The translations under genes were made by a program, and so were the position numbers. Of a stretch of 64,000 nucleotides of DNA, positions 1-11,642 are shown piece after piece; within the stretch, counting starts at the first letter, position 1; each line of letters begins with the position of its first letter. This stretch comes from Octopus vulgaris (Eukaryota). The notes under the pieces are model-generated. The model saw nothing but the letters and a program-made list of their open reading frames with translations, made no database searches and was not told where the DNA came from. Location: assembly GCA_951406725.2 (NCBI GenBank), contig OX597826.1, positions 28,334,001 to 28,398,000 of the forward strand, in the 5' to 3' direction.

Positions 1-457
1 AAAGTTTCTTGGTGCGACTATGAAAGGTATCTAATCAGAGGCGGTAAATTCGCCACAATAGAAGCAAGATTCGAGTCAACGGAGCGTGCAAGGGAGTACT
101 CGACTCGAACTTGCAAAGTGAAAATATTTTATTTTTACCTTTATATCTGGGACGTAGGACGTGCCCGATAAAAATTTAAAATGAGCCCCCCCCCCCAGAA
201 GTAGAGGTAGGCTGGATTGTAGCCACACTTCTATACAAGAGGGAGGACAAGATACAATTAATCAAAATTACAAGAGACGAGCTAACAATTCCAGTCTGTT
301 ATATATTTTGAGTATTGTTATCACTAGCGATATCAAGATATAACTTTGTATTTTGTATTTTATGTGTAGATGTATATATATAGATGTACATGTAATATGT
401 ACACATATATACATGCACTAGCACTATGACCCGGCAACGACGGGTCTTTAATGCTAG
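1..457 (+). mobile_element. 3' part of a non-autonomous Helitron (5' end outside window or unresolved)
   Basis: Ends in hairpin GACCCG-gcaacga-CGGGTC (428-446), 7 nt spacer, then CTAG|T (454-457): canonical Helitron 3' terminus. Left boundary not determined. Confidence 0.6.
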
Positions 458-472
458 TATATATATATATAT

Positions 473-850
473 ATTCAAAAATGAGGGTGAAAAATTAGAT
501 ATTAATTTAATAATACCATTAGTTTAACACCAAGCGACCTAGCACATAACAAACCAGGGAAACGATACATATTTATCCGTAAATATAAGAGAGGTAACGT
601 TAAATAGGTCAACTCTAGTGCTAGAAATAGCTCCGTATTCTGGTATAGTCGCCGATGATACCTCCACATAGAAATAGCACTACCCTCAACGTAAGTAAAG
701 TGAAATACAACTAAAATAGATTAATGTTGTACAATTGTTTCTTTATCAATATAATATGCAAATTATACTCACATATATATCTATAAATCATCAGCAACAT
801 TTGTCATTGATACAATTTATCAGACCTACACGGGCGACGATTACCCATTT
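473..850 (-). mobile_element. Short non-autonomous hammerhead-bearing element (Penelope pLTR-like or retrozyme-like) inserted in (TA)n
   Basis: Unique ~380 bp bounded by (TA)n on both sides; contains the hammerhead at 723-801 on the minus strand; no ORF. Confidence 0.55.
723..801 (-). ncRNA. Type I hammerhead ribozyme, intact core
   Basis: Minus strand reads aauguug CUGAUGA uuuau...auaaa GAAAC aauu GUA caacauu: 7-bp perfect stem I, complete core, extended stem II, palindromic stem III (ACAAUUGU), GUA cleavage triplet. Confidence 0.88.
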
Positions 851-962
851 ATATATATATATATATATAGTGAGAATTTACAAAAAAAACCCAACAAAAG
901 GCTAAGACGGGTGTATAAGCAACAAACAGATGTATTAGTTTAACGCTCCGGAAGTGAGGAAG

Positions 963-1017
<55 letters not shown>

Positions 1018-1020
1018 ATA

Positions 1021-1345
1021 TATTACTATCATGGGCGTTATGTCCGTCTGTCTGTCTGTTCCCTCTTCATGGTCAAACGGCTCGACCAATGCTCATGATA
1101 ATTTTCGGGATTAAGAAGGAGGTGATCCGGAAGGCTTTGGCGAAACAATGTGAAAAAGTATGATTTTGTGAATATTGAGTTTTGCATTAATAAATCAGAT
1201 TTAATTTTTTTTTTTTTTTTTTGTTAAAATTCCAGCGACAAGGGTTAACTCTGGATCCCCACCCCATGTATATTTCATGAATTTAGAGGGTTTAGATTTG
1301 CGCCTCTATCCCTTTATTTCCCATCATATATGGACAGATTTGCTA
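1021..1345 (+). mobile_element. Short non-autonomous Helitron unit (first module of composite)
   Basis: 5' ttactatcatgggcgttatgtccg(tctg)n motif also starts the next module; 3' CCAT-catat-ATGG hairpin plus agatttgCTA matches the terminus at 2447-2472. Confidence 0.65.
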
Positions 1346-2472
1346 TCTTACTATAATGGGCATTAAGTCTGTCTGTCCGTCTCTTCGTTCCCTCTTCATG
1401 ACCAGACGGCTGGACCAATGGTTACAATATTTTTCAAGATTACAAAGACGGTCGTCAAGAAGTTTTAGTATTAAAAAATCAGAAAGTACTATTATTTCGT
1501 GGATATCGATCTTTGAATTGAAAACCCACCTTCGCATTTATACTAAACATTCAATGACCACGAGTAACTCTGAATTTTCATCGTATACGTAGCCCCATCA
1601 TAGATACAAAGTGGGTCGCGAGGACAGTTAATAGAGAAAATAAAATGGAAGAAGCGTGTATCAGTATATAGTGTGTGTGATTATTTAGTGTTTATTGAAG
1701 TCTCGAGCAGGATTCGAAACGGTCAATCGAAGCAGCTGTTGTTTACATCTCAAGTTTCGACAATCAAAATAGCCCACGGTACCAGAACATCCAGACATTA
1801 TTTGCATAGAACAGTGAGAGGTAATTCTTAGTTTGATTTTTTGCAACCCTAAAGATTCCGCTCGCGCATTCACAGCAAATAAGGCACAGGGCCAGACTTT
1901 AGATCGTGTAGGTGTATTTTTACCCACTCTGATGTTTACGTCGCTATGAGTAGAACAACGGACTCCAGTAATTTGAAAATTAGTGTCGACCAAACAGTAA
2001 ATATCGTCTACAAAGAAGTTTTGTAATCATATTGATATTATCGAAAGGAATATGATTCATAATTTGAATAAGGAAATTTGAGAACATTGAATATATAAGA
2101 GTATAAAGAAGCGTAATATAGTGTAAACAACAAAAATAAAAGTATATCTAAGTAACATTTTTTCTTAATACTTTTTATGTAGTGGTCAAAGGAAGCTCTG
2201 GCTTTCATTAAGAGTGATCCACATAACCATTCTTGATACAGAGGCTGGGAGCCTATTTCTTCAGTTCGGAAGTGAATCGTCATCACACGTCACTTAGTTG
2301 GAAACATGTCATATAGCTGCAATAGAATGCTGTATCACCAACAATAATGTGATTTCTCTAAGACATCACCCAGTAATCTATCAAGTCTATTTACACGTTT
2401 CTCAATACATACTTCTGTTATGACTTCCCTCCCTCATTTCATACTTCCATCGTAGATGGTTAGATTTGCTAG
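1346..2472 (+). mobile_element. Long non-autonomous Helitron unit carrying helicase remnant
   Basis: Starts TC at 1346; ends CCATC-gta-GATGG hairpin, 9 nt spacer, CTAG|T at 2469-2472; homologous throughout to 27053-28197 (minus). Confidence 0.75.
1850..2026 (+). pseudogene. Helitron RepHel Pif1-family helicase C-terminal remnant
   Basis: Translates AFTANKAQGQTLDRVGVFLPTLMF / VAMSRTTDSSNLKISVDQTVNIVYKEVL* (motifs K[S/A]QGQTL, YVA.SR, NIVYKEVL); small frameshifting deletion relative to the 27466-27675 copy. Confidence 0.85.
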
Positions 2473-2580
2473 TATGTATAATATTTGTAAACAAACCCGA
2501 AGGCTTTGTAAGTTAAATCGGAGTATATATATATCATGACGATATATATTATAATGGAATAATTACTATGAAGCATTGTG

Positions 2581-2788
2581 TAGAATATATTGTATAAAGG
2601 ATCGTGGGTCAGGCCAACACAAGGCGAAGTAAATGCCAGGCAAAACTCAAGAAAATAAATCTATCTATTAAAGTAGACTTACCTCGCAAATTAAATCTAC
2701 ATTAACTCATATATTTATTTCCTTGTGATTTGCCTGGCATTTACTTCGTATTGTTCTGGCCTTACCCGCAATCCTTTATACTATATAT

Positions 2789-2792
<4 letters not shown>
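2581..2792. repeat. Foldback (MITE-like) element, ~80 bp inverted arms
   Basis: 2581-2660 is the imperfect reverse complement of 2713-2792 (cgaagtaaatgccaggcaaa / tttgcctggcatttacttcg); left arm recurs at ~11640-11790. Confidence 0.7.
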
Positions 2793-2855
<63 letters not shown>

Positions 2856-2942
2856 TGAGCTTTCAAAATCTCTTTTCTGCCAAATCCACTCACAAGGCTT
2901 TGGTCGAATTGACTCTACCGTAGAAGACAATTTACCAAATAT

Positions 2943-2993
<51 letters not shown>

Positions 2994-3263
2994 ACATGCA
3001 ATTTCGCTCACTAAAAGCGATAGCTGTAGAAGCAAGGCCAACATGACCTGCTAAAAATAGCACTCAAATCTGCACCTAAATCAAAGTCAACCGATAAAAT
3101 GCAATCAGGGGACAGCACATAATGTAATTCTAGATGTACCATGTCTGAAAAGAATAACAACAAATGGCGTGATGGTCACGGCTGGGACAAATTCGTATTC
3201 AATGATTCTGCATCATTACCACTCAGAAATAACGCAATCAGCAAAATAGCAACCAGAACAACT

Positions 3264-3530
3264 GGTACTCCGTCGGTTGCGACGACGTGTGTTCCAGTTG
3301 ATTCGATTCACGGCCCTGCTCGTGAAATTAACGTGCAAGTGGCTGAGCACTACACGAACACGTGTACCCTTAATGTAGTTCTCAGGGAGATTCAGCGTGG
3401 CACACATAATGTGACAAGGCTGGCCCCTTTGAAATTGTCTTGCTGAAAGACACAATGCATCGCCGAGAATCGAACTCACGACCTTATAATCGTGAGCCGA
3501 ATGCCCCAAACCAATAAACTACGCACCTTC
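3264..3530 (-). mobile_element. tRNA-derived SINE, family D
   Basis: Minus-strand B-box GAGTTCGATTC; body homologous to 24225-24525 (+). Confidence 0.75.
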
Positions 3531-3864
3531 ACAACAACAACATTCGCAGCAACAACAACAACAACAACAATAACAATAAAGTCGGGGACAACAGCAACTA
3601 CAAATAATAAAGGTCAGCATTTTAAGGTGGTGTGCAGTCGATTACATGGACCTCACACCTTAGTCGAATACATTGATTGGTACATATTTTAGCAACCCCG
3701 GAAGAATGGAAGGCAAAGCCGCCCTTGATGTAATTTGAGCTCAGGACATAAAGACATGAAATGCCGCGAAGCATTTTGTCCGTTGCTCTAACGACTCTGC
3801 CAACACGCCGCCTTTATAACAACACAAATTATTTTAACGAAAACAACAACAGCAGCAACTAGTG

Positions 3865-4285
3865 GAGGAGCAATGGACCAGTGGTTAGGGCGGCGGACTC
3901 GCGTTCGTATGAACGCGGTTTCGATTCCCAGACCGGGCATTGTGAGTGTTTATTGAGCAAAACACCTAAGCTCCACGAGGCTCCGACAGGTGGGGGTGAA
4001 CCCCGCTGTACTCTTTCACCACAACTTTCTCTCACTCTTTCCCACCGCATGGCAACTTGAGCAAGAGTCTTCTACTATAACCTCGGGCCGAACAAAGCCT
4101 TGTGTTTGTTCCCCTACCATTGCTTGACAACTGATGCTGGCGTGTTTATGTCGCCGATATAAACACCGATAGAATAACTACTAGGCTTGCAAAGAATAAG
4201 TCCTGGAGTCGATTTCTTCGACTAACACTCTTTAAGGTGTTGCCTAGCATGGCCGAAGTCAATTGACTGAAACAAGAAAAGATAC
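3865..4285 (+). mobile_element. SINE family B head (3865-4045) abutting a deleted family A copy (4048-4285)
   Basis: A/B-box head caatggaccagtggttaggg...gtttcgattccc as at 52193; followed by the family A core and tail. Confidence 0.75.
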
Positions 4286-4291
4286 ACACAT

Positions 4292-4337
<46 letters not shown>

Positions 4338-4799
4338 ACAGTTTGACATGACATCCGCATATGATTTAAACTTCCCACCAAGTTAGGCCTGTACGTCTAA
4401 AAATCATCTTAAAATTCATACAAAACTCCTACTCCGCTCCGCATGTCTTTAGGTTTCGTAGTTTTGTTGGACAGGTTCATCTCATCAGATTCTAAGTACA
4501 GAATAAACCGCTACTAAAAATTTATAACTCCCAATAAATGCTTTCAGTGCAACTTTCCTTCGTTTTTTTATTCACTCCTGTGTGTGTGTGTGTGTGTGTG
4601 TATACACACACACACAAACGGAAACTACATGGAAGCTTCTTGTGTATATATTTGTGTGTGTTTGTGCGTGTGTGCTTTATATGTGTTGGTTTATCTATAT
4701 CCTCATATTTTAGCGATTCGGCAAAAAGTGGCCTTTCGTTCTGCTAGAAATAACAGTTACATTCCTCTCAAGACCACTGCGTTACCATCCTGAAAGCTG

Positions 4800-5745
4800 G
4801 TTGTAGCATTAGTTGTTGTTGTGGTGGTCATTTAGGGGTGTTAGGTGGAGAGGAGGTGTTGGCGGTGTTGATGCTCTTACAACGGATATAATGGCGCTGC
4901 GAGTGGTGATGGTGGTAGTGACTGTAACGAGGATGAGATGATGAGGAGAAGGATGAATGAGCCAAAAGGCGGTGAAGGGTGAGAGGAAGAGGAGCGTGTA
5001 GTAGCAGGAGGGAAAGGAAGAGGAGTTATTATGACATAAACGATATCAATGTGACGACGGTAGAGATAACGGTGGTCTTCATGGGAGCAACGGTTGTGTT
5101 GCTAGTGATCGTGACGTTGCTTGTTGTGGCGCTGTTGCTAATGGTTGTGCCGTTGCTATTCATAGAATTGCCACTAGTAATGGTGGTGGAGTTGCTAGTG
5201 ATGACGCTGTTGTTCAGGATGGTGTTGTTGCTTGTTATATGGCCTTGCGATTGATGATTGCTTCTCTCGTGGTGGCTAGATTTGGTCGGTATCCTATAGA
5301 CGGTTGCGTTGCCACAAATGGTACAGTTGCTAGCAATCGAGGTGGTGGATTTGATGGGGGTGGAGAAGAGTGGGGGTTAGTGTCGGTAAGAGTCTCTATA
5401 GGCAGTCTCACTAGTGCATACGGTGGTTATGGTGTTTGTAATAGTAGTAGTGATGGTAATAGTGGTGGTATTTGTGGCAATGTTTATGATGGTGTCAGCA
5501 GTGATGGTCATATTTGTGATGGTGCTGGTAGTTTGTGGTGGTGGGGTTCTTTGGTGTTTATGATGGTGGCGGTGGTAGTTTATGGTGCAGTGTTATTTGT
5601 GTTGTTATTGTTGGTGGTGGTGTTGGTGGTGTTGGTGGCGGTGGTGGTGTTGAAGGTGGTTGTGGTGGTGGTAGTTTATGGTGTAGTGTTGTTTGTGGTG
5701 TTTGTGATGTTGTTGTTGGTGGTGATGATGGTGATGGTGCCATTT
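4800..5745. repeat. Degenerate GGT/GTT/GAT triplet low-complexity tract
   Basis: Runs of ggt, gtt and gat; produces the Val/Gly/Pro-rich spurious ORFs. Confidence 0.8.
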
Positions 5746-6657
5746 CACAGAATCTAAATATAACAATTGTTAACTTCCCAAGAATGTAAGGAATTGAAAT
5801 ATGAAGCTGATCCGTGGGAAATATCGCCACTGGGTGTGTGTGTGTGTGTGTGTGCGTGTGCGTGTGCGTGTGTGTGTGTGTAATATATGGATATATGTAT
5901 AGGCATGTGTGCACATTTATGTTTATTTGTGTATAACTTTGTATACGAAGGGAAGAAAGGGAGCAAAAGAAGGTTGTGTGTGTATACATGTGTGTGAGTG
6001 TGTGTGTGTACAAGCGTTTCAATTTATAATACTTGGACTGTGATCTGTATGTGTTTGTGCTTATAGCTCATATATATTTATATAAATATGTGTGTGTGTG
6101 TGTGTGTGTTTATGTCGTGGGAATATATGCATTTATGTGTATATGTGTGTGTACGCTGTGTGAATAGATACATTTGTGTGTGTGTTTGCATGTGCTTGGG
6201 GGCGTGTCTGGCTGTAGTAGGAAAGGAACCAATACATTCGAGTGGAATGGGGAGACACAGCGAGACGAAGTAGCAGCAGCAGCAGCAGCAGCGCAAAGAA
6301 ATAAAAATAACAAAAAAATTGAAAACATTATCAGTCGCGAAAAAGGCATTAACGTATATATTAGGTTAATAATGTGTTTAAATTTGTAATTGCACTCTTC
6401 AAGGGAGGAGAAAAAAACTCCCAGAAAACTGAGCAGGATGCTGCTCAGTATACGTTTCCATATATTAAGCCTATCGACTTGATTCATGCAGGAAATAGTT
6501 CTGGAACAGTAATGGATGGCTCGGGTGTCACGAGAGAAGACGCAATCTGGCTTTGGTGCTGGCTGGAATTTTAAAATTCGGCTGCGTGCACGCAGGATAC
6601 GGCATATCTACAGAAGTGTCCTCTTCCATCGCACACACACACACACACGCACACACA

Positions 6658-6705
<48 letters not shown>

Positions 6706-6764
6706 GACTTTGTTTCATCATAACTTTCTTTTTTTATTGAATTTTTATTAGATTTATTTTGATG

Positions 6765-7155
6765 AGTAGTAAGTAGCTTGCTTACCAACCACATGGTTCC
6801 GGGTTCAGTCCCACTGCGTGGCAACTTGGGCAAGTGTCTTCTACTATAGTCTCGAGCCGACCAAAGCCTTGTAAGTGGATTTGGTAGACGGAAACTCAAA
6901 GAAGCCCGTCGTATATATGTATATATATGTACGTGTGTGTATATGTTTGTGTGTCTGTGTTTGTTCCCCCAGCATCGCTTGACAACCAATGCTGGTGTGT
7001 TTACGTCCTCGTAACTTAGGGGTTCGGCAAAGGAGAGACCGATAGAATAAGTACTAGGCTTACAAAGAATAAGTCCCTGGGTCGATTTGCTCGACTAAAG
7101 GCGATGTTCCAGCATGGCCACAGTCAAATGACTGAAACAAGTAAAAGACTGAATA
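6765..7155 (+). mobile_element. tRNA-derived SINE, family A, near full length
   Basis: B-box GGTTCAGTCCC, ttgggcaagtgtc core, internal (TA)(TG) microsatellite, tail ending gactgaaacaagtaaaaga; more than 20 related copies in the window. Confidence 0.88.
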
Positions 7156-7169
7156 CTTTTCAATGATGC

Positions 7170-7688
7170 AGATAACGATTATATCGGAATTTGATGTGAA
7201 AAGCTTTTTCAGAGGGTGGTGAATTATATGGCGGTAAATAAATATGAATTATCAGAAGAGATTTTCTAATGATTCATATGCATTAACTTTGTTTCCTCAT
7301 AACATCCTGAAAAGGGGTATTTTTTTTAATGAAATTTTCTATAGATAATTTTACATGGTTTAGATTACAATTTTATTGGAATTTGTTGTGAAAAACACTT
7401 TCAGAGGCGGTGGAAATATGAATTTTTGGATAATTCGTACGCCTCGACTTTGTTTCCTCATAACGTCCTGAAAACGGGTAATTTTCCAATTAAATTTTCT
7501 ACAAAATTGCTTTAAATGGTGTAGATTGCGACTGGATCAGAATTTGTTGCGAAAGCTATTTCAGAGGCAGTGGGAAAAGAGTTTCTGATAATTCACTCAC
7601 TTCGAATTTGTTTCCTCATAACTTCCTGAAAACGAATACTTTTTGAATGAGATTTTCTGAAATAATTGCTTTAAATGGTATAGATTAC
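7170..7688. repeat. Tandem array of three ~160 bp diverged units
   Basis: tttgtttcctcataac recurs at 7288, 7449 and 7607; gaatttgttgNgaaa and ttcagagg recur in register. Confidence 0.85.
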
Positions 7689-7744
<56 letters not shown>

Positions 7745-8189
7745 ACCACTATCACCACTTGACAACCGGTGCTGCTTTGTATCCCCGTAACGTAACGATA
7801 AAATAAGTACTTGGCATCAACAAATACGTAATGGGATTCAACTAAAAAAAACCCTCAATGCAGTGCCCCAGCATGGCCGCACTCGAATGATCGAAACAAG
7901 TCAGAGATGAAAAGACATTAAATTTAACTTAAATAGGAAGCCAAACGAAACAGCTAGGTTTGTCCATGAAATATTTCGTCACGTCACTTAAGATTGTGTA
8001 GTAAGACGTGTTCTTCCCAGCCATATGGTTGCGGGTTCAATCCCATTTCGTGATATGTTGGCAAATGTCTTCTATAGCTTTGAGTCGACCAAAGCTCTGT
8101 GAGTAGATTTGGTTCACGGAAACTGAAAGAAGCCCGTCGTATATATATATATATGCATACATACACACACACACACACATATATATATT

Positions 8190-8357
8190 CTTTTCTATTC
8201 TAGGCACAAGGCCTGAAATTTTGGGAGAGGGGGCCAGTAGATTAGATCGACCCCAGTACCCATCTGGTCCTTAATTTGTCGACCCCGAAAGGATGAAAGG
8301 ATGAAGTGGACCTCGGCAGAACATAAAGACAGACGAAGTGATAACGTTTCTGCCAGT

Positions 8358-8362
<5 letters not shown>
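8190..8362 (-). mobile_element. SINE family C (internally deleted)
   Basis: Matches 50280-50495: ctaggcacaaggcctgaaatttt...gaccccgaaaggatgaaagg. Confidence 0.8.
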
Positions 8363-8414
<52 letters not shown>

Positions 8415-8418
<4 letters not shown>

Positions 8419-8798
8419 GCAGGAGTGGTTGTGTGGTAAGAAGCTTACTTCCCAACCACATGGTTCCGGGTTCTGTCTCACTGCGTGGCACCATGCACAA
8501 GTGTCTTCTCCTATAGCCTCGGGCTGACCAAAGCCTTGTCAGTGGATTTGGCACACGGAAACTGAAAGATGTTCGTCGTATTACTTCGTAATTTCACGAA
8601 ACACGTGTATTTTATAAAGCATAAGATACATGTGATACCTGTGTTTCATTAAATATCACGTGTGTGAATGTGTGTGTATATATATATATATATATGTTTG
8701 TGTGTGGGTGTGTGTGTGTTTGTGTGTGTGTGTGTATGCGTGCGTGTGTGTGTGTATATATTTATGTGTGTGTATATATGTGTGTATATATGTGTGTG

Positions 8799-8829
<31 letters not shown>

Positions 8830-9063
8830 GCTTGTGCATATATATATGTATGTGTATCTATGTGTGTGTGTGTCTTTGTGTCCCACCACACCTTGACAAC
8901 CGGTGCTCGTATGTTTATATCCCCGTAACTTAGCGTTCAACATAAAACATCGATAAAATAGATACCAGACTTTAAAAGTAAGTACTGGGGGTGTCGATAC
9001 ATTTGACTAAAAAATCTTGAAAGCAATGCTCCAACATGGCTGCAGCCTGATGATTACATCAAG
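8415..9063 (+). mobile_element. SINE family A split by insertions in its internal microsatellite
   Basis: Head 8415-8580, tail ~8870-9063; between them lie a hammerhead 3'-half fragment (8588-8660) and (TA)/(TG) tracts. Confidence 0.75.
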
Positions 9064-9065
9064 TA

Positions 9066-9489
9066 CAGGTCGTCGTAGACTTACAACCACGATTGGTTCC
9101 GACTGACTGGTCGTAAGTCGTCCTAGAGGCCTACATAGCTTTGTTTTATATTTTTACATTCTTAAGGTACATTCTCAAGTAAAAGCCACACACAGCATTC
9201 TGTAATATACTATTATACTGGCGTTAATTAAACATTTCGCAGTCTCAGACTGCAAATACGTGTTTGCCTCGATGTCTCCGCGGCGGGATATTCATCCAAC
9301 ACTGTGGATAACCAAACCTAGGGGAAGCATTTGCTAGCTGACATCATCCGTAGGCGGGTTAATTTCTAAGAAATTCAACCCATAAGATTTCCACTGGACT
9401 ATTTATTATTGCTGCCAGGTGCTGGCGCGTCAATCGTCGTAAAGTCGATCGGTCGTGGATCGGATAGGTCGTAAGTCGATGATGACCTG
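9066..9489. mobile_element. pogo/Tigger-like MITE
   Basis: TA|CAGGTCGTCGTAGACTTACAACC ... GGTCGTAAGTCGATGATGACCTG|TA: ~23 bp TIRs and TA target duplication. Confidence 0.85.
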
Positions 9490-9677
9490 TAAAAGATATA
9501 TATATAGGCGTGGTGGGGCCCGACATGTAGCCAAAATTGCGCTCAGTAGTATGTGCTGCACTCCACTACTATATCTAGAGCAGTATGACGTAGGATAGTG
9601 GGCTATAAAACTAAAGGGTAGGTTGTTTGTTATCTATTACACTGGGCCCTCGGCTCAGTCAATGTTTCAACGAGGTA

Positions 9678-9725
9678 TTATGTAATCCTGACGAGTAATT
9701 TACGAAACATGTGTATGTCTTATAA
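9678..9725 (+). ncRNA. Type I hammerhead-like motif, intact core but decayed stem I
   Basis: CUGACGA (9688-9694) gua-auu-uac GAAAC augu GUA (9713-9715); sibling 3' half at 8598-8609 has palindromic ACACGTGT. Confidence 0.65.
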
Positions 9726-10617
9726 AGTATAAAATACCGCATGTGTTATCAGTATTTTATTAAATACCACATGCGTGTGCGTATGTGTGTGTCTGTGCAG
9801 TTATGCAAAAGCATATTTTACATATTCGTGTACATTCGGACATGGAAAGACACAACGCTGCAAAAATTGTTTCGGGAGCAGAAATTCTCCTTATAGGCAA
9901 GCATGGATGAAAACGTACCAAAAACTTATCAGTGATGTCACCGGGTCGTACGACGCATGCGTTTCTATTCTTAGCTGGTTAAACAACTGTATTCATGCTT
10001 TTAGATTTGTTTAAAGCAAGTAATGTTTGTTGGAAGTATGTCAAAATATAAAACTATTTATTTATAAAAATATAAAATTTGAAACCGCACAAAACCAAAA
10101 CCACGCCTCTTTCTTCTTGATTCGTTTGCAATTATTTGCTCGAAAGCCCATTCCTTAGGCAGTTGTGGTTAATGTTTACGTAAAATAAAGTCAAGTACGT
10201 TATTTCTATTAATATTTCCCACTTAAATAGAAACGTGAAGCATTTCGCGAAAGCGCATTCTGTCTTCAGTCACTTCGTGGAAAATATACATAACCGGCGT
10301 CGTGACTTATTATAGACGTCGGCGCATGACTGCGTGGTTAAGAAGCGCGCATTGCAAACATATGGCTTCTGGTTCAGTCCCACTGCGCGGCACCTTGTGT
10401 AAGTGCCATCTACTGTAGCCCTAAGCCACAGATCGACCAGTACCTTCTGGGTGAATTTGATAGACGAAAACAATGTAGAATCATGTCGTGTGTGAGTGTA
10501 TGTGTATATATATGTATATACATATATATGTAATTGAGATTCAGTTGAATTAGTTTCTTAAGTTGAAGCATCAAGTCAGTGCGGTATTGTCGGTACCAGT
10601 CAAAGTAAGGTGAATAA

Positions 10618-10775
10618 AATCAAATTAAGCAACAGGATATCAAGAGGTGATGCGGTACGACCGTTTCATGCAAATCCATGCATTTAAACTGATGTAATGA
10701 TTACATTGTTCAATTAAATGGATCCGCTTGAAACGGTCGTACAGCATCACCTCTTGATATCTTGTTGCTTATTTT

Positions 10776-10779
<4 letters not shown>
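10618..10779. repeat. Foldback palindrome made of two inverted hammerhead 3'-half tails
   Basis: aatcaaattaagcaacaggatatcaagaggtgatgcggtacgaccgtttca mirrors tgaaacggtcgtacagcatcacctcttgatatcttgttgcttattttgatt; each arm carries GAAAC-ggtc-GTA. Confidence 0.8.
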
Positions 10780-10813
<34 letters not shown>

Positions 10814-11086
10814 TATTGAATGTGTGGGGACACATGGCTCAGTGGTTAGAGCGTCGAGCTCACAATCATGTGGTTATGAGTTCGATTCCCGGACTGGGCT
10901 GTATGATGTGTTCTTTATTTCACGTTGCTCCTATTCACCCACCTGTAGAAATTGATTCTTTTCTACTCTAGGCACAAGGCCCAAAATTTTTGAGGAGGCG
11001 GGGGGGCGGCAATCGATTTGATCAACCCCAGTGCTCAACTGGTACTTATTTTATTGTTCTCCGAAAGCATGAAAGGCAAAGTCGAC

Positions 11087-11436
11087 CAAAAAGACACTCG
11101 GGTTTCAGTTGCACAAGATCTCCTTGATTATGTCGAGAACGATGAAATATTTTAGAAAACTTTGCCTAAACCTCTGAAGAGGTATCGCCAAGGTTTGAGC
11201 AAAATTTGGTGTAGATCCTCCGCTCACTTTTTCTGTCATGGTCAGTGCGATGATCACACGCTACATACCTTCCTTCCAAGCACTGCTGTAAACAGCGGAA
11301 GTGAGGTCAAGGTCAATCTGATGTGGTCAAGGTCAATTTGGCATGGTCAAGGTCAATCAGTGCCAAGCGGCTTTACTTTGCGTGTTTTGGCTTCCTTACT
11401 ATGGCAACAGTCAGGATACTTATTGATCAGAGCACG
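11087..11436. mobile_element. Mariner-derived MITE remnant
   Basis: Encodes QKDTRVSVAQDLLDYVENDEIF (mariner pre-catalytic region); ends with TIR-like ggatacttattgatcagagcacg|TA. Confidence 0.65.
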
Positions 11437-11580
11437 TATGAGTAGACTTGCTTCCCAACCACATGGTTCCAGGTTCAGTCTCACTGCGTGACACTTTAGG
11501 TGAGTGTCCTCTACTATAATCTCGGGCCGATTAAAAGCCTTGTGAATGGATTTGGTAGACAGAGGCTGAAAGAAGTCCGT

Positions 11581-11642
<62 letters not shown>

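Noticed and set aside
7170-7688. CRISPR-like repeat/spacer reading of the tandem array
   Set aside because: The intervening sequences are homologous to each other and ~135 bp long, the context is eukaryotic, and there are no cas genes.
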